Assembly (NCBI GenBank): GCA_004431415.1 | Contig: QPMI01000270.1 | Coordinates: 26,441-90,440 of the forward strand | Source: Cyanophora paradoxa CCMP329 | Taxonomy: Eukaryota; Plantae; Glaucophyta | Direction of reading: 5' to 3' | Length of the DNA stretch: 64,000 nucleotides | Shown: piece after piece, positions 20,881 through 31,305 of the stretch | How positions within the stretch are numbered: position 1 is the first letter of the stretch | How the letters are laid out: the number at the start of each line of letters is the position of its first letter | Notes under the pieces: model-generated | What the model was told of the DNA's origin: nothing | Databases searched by the model: none | The model's input: only the letters and a program-made list of their open reading frames with translations | Position numbers and translations under genes: made by a program

Positions 20881-22531
20881 ATGGAAACGCTGCCCGACGA
20901 CGTGCTGGCGCTGATCCTAGCGGCCGCCGCGCCGGACTGCTGGACGTCTCTCCGTGCCGTGTCTCATGCGTACGTGTCCCCCCGACCGTCAACGGCGCGT
21001 TCGATCTAACCGCCGTGCGGGCAACTTAGCTGGCGGCGCATCACGGACGAGCTGCGAGATTCGATCGTGTTGTCTAAATGCTCCGGTGATACTGGGACAG
21101 ACTCTGCGATCACGTTGGTGCAGCGCAGCCCGTCGCTCCGGCGGTTGCGGGTCGTGTGCGCATGCACGCGCAGCGCCAGCGCGTCGGGCTACCAGCAGCG
21201 GCAGAACAGCACACAGAAACACCGGTTGTGCGAGGATGCTCCGGGGCATATTGCGGCGCAGCAGATATCGATGGCGAGTCGCCTGCTCGCCTGCAGCTGC
21301 GGTACCGGTCCCCTGCTCGTCGACCTGGACGTGAGCGGCCTGGAGCTCGCCCCTGCGTCGTGCGTCATCCGGGTGGCGCCTCTAGCTCTCGGGCATTCAC
21401 CGGTACGCCTGCGCCCGTCATCCGCAGGTTCGCGAGCTCGAGCCGGGCGAGCTCGAGGGCAGCCGTCGGCCGCGGAGCTCGAGCCGCGGCAGGCGAGGGC
21501 GGGGTCGAGGGGGCCCTTCTGCAGGGCATCGCGCGCCTGGCGGGTGCGCGCATCCGCTCCGCCGCTCGCCCGGCCCCACCCACGGCCCGCGGGCCGAGGC
21601 GGTACGGGTGCGCGCGGGCGGGCCGGGTGCGCATGCGCAGGGGCGGTGGCGGGGAGCGGAAGTCTGCAGCGGCTCGCGCTGCGGTGCATGGCCGGCGCCT
21701 TCGACGACGACGCCGCGCAGTGCGCCGCTCCCCCGGCCCCCGCGCGCCCCACCGGCCGCCGAGGAGGGCGGTGCCGGATGCTCGCAGGGGGCTGGCGGCC
21801 GGCGTGGAGGGCAGCGCCTCCCTCACGAGCCTCGACCTCGCCGGCAACAGCATCGAGGACAGGGCGCGGCCCCTCTCTGTCCCTCCACCCTGCTCCGCCC
21901 CGCCCCGCCCTGACGCCGGCGGCGAGCAGGGGGCCGAGGCGCTCGCGGGGGCCCTCGATCGGCGGGGCCGGCCGCTGCAGGCGCTTCTCCTCCAGTCGAA
22001 CCGCGTCGGGCCGCGCGGCGCGGCGGCAATAGCCCGCCTCGCGGCCTGCGGACTCCTCGCCGCCCTCGACCTCTGTGCGCTCCCCCCCCCCCCCCGCGCG
22101 CGAAGGCCGCCGGCCTCACCGCCGCGGGGCGGTAGCGGGGAACCCGTGGGGACGAGGGGCCGCGGCGCTGGCGTCGGCCCTCGCCTCTCCAACCGCCGGC
22201 GTCTCCGACCTCGGCCTAGCCGCCGCCGGCCTCGGACCCCGCGTGCGCCCCGCCCGGGCCCGACCCCGCCACCGGGGCGCCGAGGCGGGGCGGCAGGGGG
22301 TCGAAGCGGTGGTGTTGGTGGCGGCGGAGAGCAGAACGCTGCTGCGGGTCGAGCTCGCCTGCAACGTGCGCCCTGCCCTCCGTCCTCCAAGCGGCAGCGG
22401 CGCTGGAGCGCTGGGCCAACGGGTGGCAGGGGGTGGACGCGGGGGCGCTGGAGGCGGTGCGCGGGGCCCGTCGCGCCCGGCCGGCCCTCGCCCTCACCGG
22501 CCTTCTTGAGCCCGCCCCGCCCCCCTGCTAG
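20881..22531 (+). CDS. F-box / RNI-like leucine-rich-repeat protein; 3' end approximate
   Basis: N-terminal [13 protein letters not shown] (F-box-like). LRRs include [34 protein letters not shown] and LLRVELACN. Confidence 0.65.
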
Positions 22532-22630
22532 CCCGCCACGCCCCGCAGGCCCGTCGCGCCGGCGTGTGCGCCATTGCAAGGATGTGCGACGTGCCTGGTG
22601 CTACCTGCGGGGGCCGGGCGGGGGCGGGGC

Positions 22631-24035
22631 CTAGCTCGAGGCGCCCTGAAGGCGCTCCTGCGCCTCGCGGTAGGGCGGCTGCGGGGCGGCGGCGGTCAGC
22701 TGCAGGCGAGCGGGGCGGGGCGGGGCGGAGGGCGGCACGTTGATGGGGGTCTGCGCCGGGGGCCGGAAGGCGTAGGCGTCGGGGGCGGGGTAGGAGGTGT
22801 CGGGGTCGTCGGCGAAGCCGGAGAGGTCGCCGCAGGCGAGGAAGGGGACGATGACGCGGGGCGCCCCCTCGAGCGCCCCCGACGCCCCGTAGTTCTCGTC
22901 CAGCAGCGGGCTCACCAGCGTCGGCGCGTAGCCCGGGGGTGGCCGGTAGCCCCGGCACACGACGAAGGCCTCGATGGAAGAGTTGCGCGAGCTCTTCGGC
23001 TTTGAGCAAGCCACGTGCTCGAAGAAGAGCTTCAGCTGCGAGTACAGCAGCGTCACGTCCTTGCCCCGGAAGATCTGCGCCCCGCGCCCCCGCACTCAGC
23101 CCCCGTCTCCCTCCCCCGCCGCAGGCATCGGCACCTTCGCCACGAAGCTGCCGCCTGCGGGCGAGGGGCCGCCGCACCGGCGCGTCAACGGCGACGCGGT
23201 GGCGCCGGGGCGGAGGGTCCGGGCGCGGTGCGTACCGGGCCGGAGCAAAAACGATGCGATGTTGAAGGCGGCGAGGATCAGCTGCGCCTGCACGTACTCG
23301 TCCACTGTGCCCCGCCCCCTCAGCAGCCGCCCGTCGGGCCCGCGCGGAGCCGCCCCGCGCCGCCGGCGCGGTCCGCACCGTCGTGCATGCCAGTGACTGC
23401 GGGGCGGGTGAGCCGGGCGGGGCGGGGCGGGGGGAGGGGTGGGGCGGGGGGGGGGGGGGGGGGGGGGGGGGCGGGCCGTCGGGGGCGCCGTCGGAGACGA
23501 CGATGTCGGCGAGCTCGTTGTCGAAGTGGGCGAGGACGCGCTCCACCGTCTCCCGGCTCGTGATGTCCCCCTGCAGCTGGATCACCCCCTCGATCGGCGC
23601 CATCTCCTGCAGGTCCACCGCCACCACCTGCCCGCCCCGCGCCCCGTCAACCCTCGGCCCCCCGGCCCCTCGCCCCGCCGCACACCGCCCGTGGCGCGCC
23701 CCCGATCGATCGCCACCGCCGGCCCCTAGCTAGCGGCCGAATGTGCGCAGATCAGTTACCTTGCACTCTTGCTGGCCCTTGTCGCGCCGCGCCACGCGCC
23801 GCGCGATGACTTGCGACCAGGAACCTGCGAAGAGTGAGCGCGCCTTCGCTGTGACGCGCGCAAGGGGCGGCGGACCCGGTGCGGCGCAGAGGTCGACGAC
23901 GCGGTTAACCGTGCTGGGGAAGAGCCCGAACTCATCGTCGAGCTGCATCAGCTTGTAGGCGCTGCGGGCGCGGTAGCCCTCCTCCTTCGCGCGCCGGTAG
24001 TAAACATCCCGCTTGTCCTTCGAAGACTTTCCCAT
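22631..24035 (-). CDS. TRM7: tRNA (C32/G34) 2'-O-methyltransferase, TRM7/FTSJ1
   Basis: [38 protein letters not shown]|[31 protein letters not shown]|[20 protein letters not shown]. Confidence 0.95.
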
Positions 24036-24698
24036 CGCTTTCTGGGCCACTGGGCGCGCTGGAGCCTGGATACGCCGGATGCGCTAGCCGCTGGGCTGCG
24101 GCGGGCGATTTATAAACAACTGAAAGCGATCTTGAGCTCAAGTACTAGTAAAACAGTGTCGAAGCAAGCTGATCGCCTTCTGTACCCCCGCTCCCTCAGT
24201 TCCCGTACCCACATGCGGCAGTTAGAAGCAAACAAACTTGAAACTGCGTCAGCAATGTGAAGAAGAGCACAACCGGTACCTGCGCGCGTGCGCCGCGGCG
24301 CAGATCGACGCGCGCGGAGGCCATGCAGTTGCAGGGGCCGGGTTACCTGGGGTACAGCGCTAGACACCGAACACTCGCGCGGCACCGAGAACGGGCGCCG
24401 CGCAAGCCGCGGGAGCGGCGGCAATCGCTCGAGGAGGTCGCCTGGGAGCGGGCTTTCGCGGCGTCGGCCGCGGGTAGCCGGCGCCGTGCTTGCTGCTAGC
24501 GCTGAGGCCCGAGGGACGTCGACGTCCCGTCCGTGACGTGACGCGTGATTCACGACCCCAACGGCTGCGATACCCCCACCACCGACTACAAAAGCGCGGC
24601 TCGGACTCCGAACGCTCACATTTGTCAAGCACCAAGAAGCTTTCGTCGCGCTCCAGCCTCCAGGCCTCCAGCCTTCTTCGTCCTCACACAAAGTCAAC

Positions 24699-25557
24699 AT
24701 GGCCGGCCGCATCTTCTCCGCCATCGCCCGTGGTGCGTCGAGCTGTCCGCCGGGTGCTCCGACTTCGCGCGGACCGTCGGACGCTAACGGCCCCGCCTTC
24801 CCCAGACCTCAAGCAGTGCCCGGAGATCATCGCGCTTGCGGTCCCTGTCACCATCGCGTCCAGCGTCGCGATGTGAGTCTCCGTTCTGAACATGTTCTCG
24901 AAGACCCGAACTCACCTTTTCCTGGCAGTTACACCGGCGTCGCCAAGAGCGTGTTCCCCGTCAGGTGAACTCCCCTCGCTTCGCCATGCCCAAGCATACG
25001 AAGCTCGGAGGCGGCGCCCCAGCGTCCGCCGGCTTCGTCTAGATGCGCCCGTGGTTTCGCCCGCGACGGTGACGCTGACCTGCGCTGCTCGCATCAGCAA
25101 TGACGTCGCTTTCAAGAAGGAGGACATGCAGGGCGCGCTTTTCGTCAAGAACCAGAAGGTGCGGCTCCCGGGCGGACGGGCGGCCGCGTCTCGCCGGCCG
25201 CGTCCCCTCGCTCCTCGGCATCATCGGCGCAATCCTGACCTCAGGCGTCTTCTCTCGCAGTTCGAGAACGTCGCGCCGATGAGCATCTGGAGCGGCTACT
25301 CGGACCGCTTCCTGGGCTTCATGTCCGCCATCCCCGAGGTGCGACGAGCTACCTGCGAGCCGCCGCGTTTCGCCTCGGAGCCAGGCCGGCGCTGACCGGC
25401 TTCGTGCTCATCGCAGGAGTTCCACAAGGAGAACATGGAGCAGAAGCGCGCGGAACAGGCGCGCAAGCACCAGGAGAACGAGGCGCGGCTCGCCGCCGAG
25501 ATGGCCGCCTTTGAGAAGGGGCAGAAGAAGGAGACCAAGAAGGGCTGGCTCCACTAA
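24699..25557 (+). CDS. Small single-TM mitochondrial protein, B12D/NDUFA4-like
   Basis: Spliced MAGRIFSAIAR|DLKQCPEIIALAVPVTIASSVA|IYTGVAKSVFPS|NDVAFKKED...KKGWLH*. The PE(I/L)-TM-DV-aromatic-K pattern resembles B12D/NDUFA4. Confidence 0.4.
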
Positions 25558-26343
25558 GCGCGCTGCCCGAGCTCCTCGAGCCGCCCCAGCTTTCCTTTCA
25601 ACTAGCACAGTCCTCGCAATTTTCCCAGCCGCAGGGTTTCAGCCTGCAGGATCGTATAATCGCTTGCAATATATGGCTCCTCCAGTTTTAGGGTAGAGCC
25701 GGGTGTGTGTACAGTAGTTATTGATGTGCAGTGCAGATGTAGGATATTTCAGGTTCACGGTTGTAAGAATGGGAACCATTCTTTGAACTCGTGCCCGGCG
25801 GCGCGCGCCGACGGCGGCTGCGCCTATAGCTATAGCTATGCCCAGCTATCCGGTAGCTTCGCCACTGGGCCGCGGCACTTTGTGCATGCTTTCCAACGTC
25901 AACTACTGTGTACTATGGCATGCGCATGCACTCTGCCAGCGCTAGCGCGCGGCATATGCATCGAAATCGGCATCGCGTCGAATCCGCCGTCGATAGCGCG
26001 GCCGCGGCGGCCGCGGCGCGCGTGCGCGCGTCAAAACGTCGCCGAACGCGCATATGCATGCGCGCCAGTGATCATGAGACGGATCCGGACCTGTGGGGGG
26101 CCCAGGGGGGAGGAGGCCAGGGGGGATAGCGATTCAGTTGCAGCAGCCGCTGATTCAAGTAACCGCCGCACCTAGTTCGCCTGCACAGCGCGAGCGAGCT
26201 TCTCTCGAGAGAGCGCGGCGGGGGTGCAGAGCCGTGAAGTCGGAGGGCGAGCACGCGAAGACAACGCGCACGCCCCAAGCCCCCCGACTGGGTGGCGCTA
26301 CGCATCTCCGACTGCCCACGCACTCGGCAGAGAAGTGAAGCAT

Positions 26344-26391
26344 CAGCGGCGCGGAGGCGCCGCAATGCAGCGGCGCGGAGGCGCGGCAATG
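26344..26391. repeat. Two tandem 24-bp direct repeats upstream of the LOV-ABCG gene
   Basis: CAGCGGCGCGGAGGCGCCGCAATG and CAGCGGCGCGGAGGCGCGGCAATG (1 mismatch). Confidence 0.8.
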
Positions 26392-26533
26392 CGCCAAGGC
26401 GACCGCGCAGTCGCGCTGAGCGATGTAACAATGGCACAAAAAGCAGATCCAGGAGCAGCCACGCCTGCGTTCCTCGAATCGGTGCGCATGCACGTGCGAT
26501 GGAACGACCGCAAGGCTACTAGTACTGACAATC

Positions 26534-29500
26534 ATGAGCGCCCAGAACTTTCTGTTGAATGCTCTCAAGCGGGTCCAAGCTAGCTTTGTTCTCGCAGACC
26601 CCTCGCAGGTGCTCGCCTGTTCTCGCCCCCCGCGCGCCAGCAGTCCCCAATTTGACCGCATCGCCAGCCCGACACGCCGATCGTCTTCGCGAGCGCGGGC
26701 TTCTACAAGCTTACGGTACGCCGCGCCCTGCTGAAAGCGAGGCCCCCATGACCGGTCCGCCGCGCAGGGCTATGCGCCGCACGAAGTGCCCCCCTCGCTC
26801 CCGCCGGCGCGGCTCGTCTCACGGCGGGGCCAGGTCATCGGGCGGAACTGCCGGTTCCTGCAGGGGCGGGACACGTCGCCGGAGGACGTGGAGGCGATCC
26901 GCGAGGCGATCCGCGCGGGCACGGAGGTGCACGTGGGCGGCCCTCGTCCCCCCCGGGGCGGCGCGCGGGGGCCGAGCGTGGCGGGCGCGGCAGGTGTCGC
27001 TGCGGCTGACGAACTACCGGAAGGACGGGACGCGGTTCAGCAACCTGTTCTACCTGGCGCCGCTGCACGACGGGGCCGGCAATCTCAAGTTCTTCATCGG
27101 CGTGCAGACGGACGTCTCCGAGGAGGGCCCCGAGGAGCCCCGCCTCAGCGAGGACGCACCGCTCATCCCCCGCCCCGAGCCCCACCGCGTCCGCCCGCCC
27201 CGCCCCGCCCCCGCCCCGCCCCCATCCCGCCCCGACCCCGCGCAGGCGGCGCACGTGCACGTTGTCCGCGTCTCCAACACGAGCGGCGCCTCCGCTCCCG
27301 GCACGCCCCCGGAGCTCGCGCTGCCCTCAAAGCCCGGGTCCGCGGGGCGCCGGGGCGGGGTGTTGGTGGGCGGGGCGTGGGAGCTGAGGCGGGGGGCAGG
27401 CGGGTGAGCCTGCCGATGCTGCTGCAGTTCGAGAACGTGAGCTACGCTGTGATGGCGGTGCCGCCGGGGCCCCAGGGGAAGCCGTCGTTCTGGAAGGCCT
27501 GGCTCCCGGGCTTCCTCCTCCCCAAGTCCGCCGGCAAGCCCAAGGAGCGCGTCCTCCTCAAGGGCATCTCGGGGACGGTCGCGCCGAGCGAGCTGCTCGC
27601 CGGTGCCCCCCCCGCGCCGGCCGCCCGGCGCCCGGGGCTGACGCCGGGCGGGGCGGGGGGCAGTCATGGGCCCCTCGGGGGGCGGCAAGACCACCTTGTT
27701 GAACCTCCTCGCCGGGCGCCTGCAGGGCAAGGTGCGCCGGCGGCGGCGGGGGCGGGGCCGGGGGGTCGGCGAGGGGCGCCGCGGCAGATGACGACGGGGT
27801 CGGTGCTCTTCAACGGGCGCCCGCGCACCTCCGACCTCAAGCGCCGCATCGGCTACGTCCTCCAGGCCCGCCCTCGCCCCGGGCCCGCGCCCCCGCCCCG
27901 CACCGAGCCGCCCCGTCGCAGGACGACGTTTTCTTCGCGAACCTGACGGTCCAGGAAACGGTGCGGCCCCTCACTGTGCGCCGCCCGCCGGCTGTGCCCT
28001 CACCCGCCGGCCCCACACGTGACCCCAGCTGGAGTTTACGGGTGCGCTCCCCGGGGGTCGTCGCGCTCGGGCGAGTGGGCCTGAGGCGGGGCGCAGCGCT
28101 TCTGCGGCTGCCGCGGACGCTGACGAAGCAGGCGAAGCGCGCGCGCGTGCAGGAGGCGAGCGGGGCGGGGGCGCCGGGATGGGGGGCGGGTGGTGAGGCG
28201 GGGCGGGGCAGGTGATGGGCGCGCTGGGCCTGCTGAAGTGCGCGCACACGATCATCGGGAACGCCTTCATGCGCGGCGTCTCCGGCGGCGAGCGCAAGCG
28301 CGTCAACATCGCGTGCGCCGCGGGCCCCCGGGGGCGCTGGCGGGGGGCTGGGGCGAGGGGGCGGGGCGGGGCGGCAGGTGCGAGATGCTGGTGGACCCGA
28401 GCCTGCTCCTCCTCGACGAGGTGCCCGCCCCCCCCGCGCTCGGGGTGCCGGCCGGGCGGGGGGCGAGGGGCGCCGCAGCCGACCTCGGGCCTCGACTCGA
28501 GCACCGCCCTCCAGCTCATGTACACCCTCCGCGTGCGCCCCCAGCGCCCCGCCTCGACCCCCCGGCCCCGATCTCACCCCCGCCCCAGAAACTCTGCACC
28601 GAGGGCCGCACCGTCGTCGCCACGGCGCGCCCCGCCGGCCGCGGGTGTGGGCGGGGGCGCTGAGGGCGGGGGCGCAGCTGCACCAGCCGAGCTCGCAGAT
28701 GTTCGAGCTGTACGATAAGCTGCTGCTGGTGGCGGACGGGCAGACGGCCTTCTACGGCAAGGCCGCCGACGCCGTCAAGTACTTCGCCGCTGTCGGCTTC
28801 CCCTGCCCCGTGCCCGGCCCCCCCGCCCCCTCCCCCCGCCCCCCCACCCCACACCGACCTTGCCCGGGCTGCGAGCAGCCCACGTATAACCCAGCCGACT
28901 TTTTGGTGAGCGCGCCGGGCGCCGGGCGGGCCGCTGTGGGCGACGCGGGGGGGGCAGCTGGGCCTGCTGGTGCCGCAGAGCGTGGAGCTGGAGGGCCCGC
29001 GGCCGGCCGGGCTCCCCGCGGGGGACGCCAAGGCCGAGGTCCTCAGGGCCTGGGAGCAGCGCCACCACCACGCCGCCTCCCCGCACCCCGAGCACCCCCA
29101 CCGCCCCGACCCCGCCGACGCCCCCGTGCCGCCCCGCGCCCCTGCGCGCCCCGGCGCGAGGGTGACGTGGGGCGGGGCGCAGGGGCGGCGGGGCGCGAAG
29201 TTCCCTGTGTCGTGGGTGGAGCAGTTCGGGGTGCTGACGAGGCGGGCGCTGCGGCAGAAGCGGGGGGACTCGCTCTCGCAGCTCTCGCTCGTGCAGGTCC
29301 TCCTCCTCGCCCTCCTCTGCGGCGTCCTCTGGTTCCGCATGCCCTTCGCCGAGTCCCGCCTCGAGAACCGCACCGGCCTCATCTTCTTCAGCTGCGTCTT
29401 CTGGGTCCGCCCCGCCCCCGCCCTCACCCCGCCCCACGTCTCACCGGCCCTCACCCTGCCCCGCCCCAGGGCTTCTTCCCCCTCTACAGTGCGCCGGCGG

Positions 29501-30659
29501 CGCGCGGGGCGGGGCCGGGGCTCACCCTCGCGCGCAGACGCCCTCTCGGCGTTCCCGCCGGAGCGCGGCGTGCTCATGCGCGAGCGGGCCTCGGGGGCCT
29601 ACTACCTCTCCAGGTGCCCCACCGCCCCCGCCCCTCCCGCTCGCCCCCGCGCTCACGCGCGGCAGCTACTTCATGGCGAAGACCACTTCAGAGATACCCC
29701 TCGGTCCGCACCGCCCCGCCCCGGCGAGGGCCCCACTCCAGGGGGCCTGCTAAGGGCCGCGCAGAGTGCGTCTTTCCGACGCTGTTCGCCGTGATCGTGT
29801 ACTGGATGTCGGGCCTGCGGAACGACGGCGGGGCCTTCATCGTCTTCCTTCTAATCCTCGGTATCCGCCCCGTACTATACATTGCTTCACTAAGCCTTCA
29901 TCGCCTCCCTCGGCATTCACGTCATTATGCCAGTTCTTTCGAGCCTTGTCGCACAGTCGGTGGGCCTCTTCATCTCGACGGCGGTGCCGAACTTGTGCGC
30001 GGGGCGCGTGCTCGAGCTCGGGACGCCGGGGGCTGAGGCCCTCGCGCAGCAAGAAGGCCCTCGTCGTCGCCTCCCTCTTCATGCTCGGTGCAGATGACCC
30101 GGATGCGCTGCTCTGCCGCCTCGCGCGTCGTTCCCGACGCCCCTTCCCGCAGCGAGCATGCTCGTCGGCGGCTTCTACGTCTCCAACGAGGCCCTGTCCG
30201 CCGCCGGCCCCGCCCCCGCGCCGCCCCGCGCCGCCCCCGTGACCGGCGGCGCAGGCCGATCTGGATCCGCTGGATCCGCTACGTGTCCTTCGTCAAGTAT
30301 TCCTTCGAGTGCGCGGGGCCGCCGGGGGGGCGTCTGGGGGAGGGCCGAGGTGGGGCGGCGCGGGGGCGCAGGGCGATGCTGCTGAACGAGTTCAGCGGGG
30401 GCAACCACAGCTGCGACGTGGTGCCCTCCAAGTACGCCGCCTGCCTCGCCTCCAACTACACCGCCGGCATCCCCGTCCCCGACATCCTCGCCATGCTCGG
30501 CACCGAGAACTCCATGGGTCCCCTGCCGCCGCAGCGCCAGCCCCTCCCCTACTTGCTGACTCTCCCTGTGCCGCCGCGGCAGGCCTCAATGTCGGCTCCC
30601 TCGTCATCATGCTATTTGGCTTCCGCTTTCTTTCCTACCTCTGCCTCCGCTACAATTAA
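26534..30659 (+). CDS. LOV-domain (blue-light flavin sensor) fused to an ABCG half-transporter (LOV-NBD-TMD)
   Basis: Exons 26534-26608, 26668-26715, 26768-26785, 26834-26926 and 26994-27188 encode a full LOV domain with GRNCRFLQ. Exons 27246-27337 and 27400 onward lead in frame into an ABCG NBD: Walker A GPSGGGKTT, Q-loop GYVLQDD, signature VSGGERKR, Walker B LLLLDEPTSGLD, H-loop TLHQPS, NPADF. A six-helix ABCG TMD ends FRFLSYLCLRYN*. Confidence 0.9.
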
Positions 30660-31305
30660 CCCCTACAATCAGCCGCCCCCCAGCGCCTCCCCCCTGTTTA
30701 TTTACAAGATTCTACTTATAATTACGTATTGAACCGCACGTGATAGAGCATGTAGCGACCGGGCGGCAGCAACGGTAGCTTATCATGACTCAGTGAACCA
30801 GCCGTTGAGCTGCAGCCAGCTCAGCGGCTGCAGCTGCAGCTGCAGCTGCGCGTGCATGCAGGCCTAGCTATAGGTGGCCTAGGCCTGGCCATGGCCATGG
30901 CAAGCCGCCCGGCCCCGGGCCCTGCGGGGAGCTCGCAGTAATTCTCTGCGCGCATGCGCAGTGCTATAGCGCTATACCTAGCTAGCCTGTAGCGCTTCTA
31001 GGCTTGTGGCCTCGAGCTCCAGCCCCCCCCCCCCCCCCCACATTTGGCCGGGTACAGACGCGATGTCCAGCTCAACCCCCATCAAGCCTGAAGTACTAGC
31101 AGGATGAGCAGCTCCTGTAGATAACTATGTCTATAGCTTGAAAGAGGCGGGCAGCGCCTGGCGCTACACACGCAGACTTCGAAGGAATGGACCTGCCGGA
31201 CAACCTCAGGCTCGCGGATAACGCGGCGTTCGCGCAAATACTCGAAGATGAAGGTTCGCGAGACGCGGATGCGCGCGCTCACTCTGCGGCTTTCGAACGC
31301 CGGTC

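Noticed and set aside
1862-30659. LOG plus ABCG as a cytokinin synthesis/export cluster (plant ABCG14 exports cytokinin)
   Set aside because: They are about 23 kb apart with unrelated housekeeping genes between them. ABCG substrate cannot be inferred from sequence, and there is no evidence of functional linkage.
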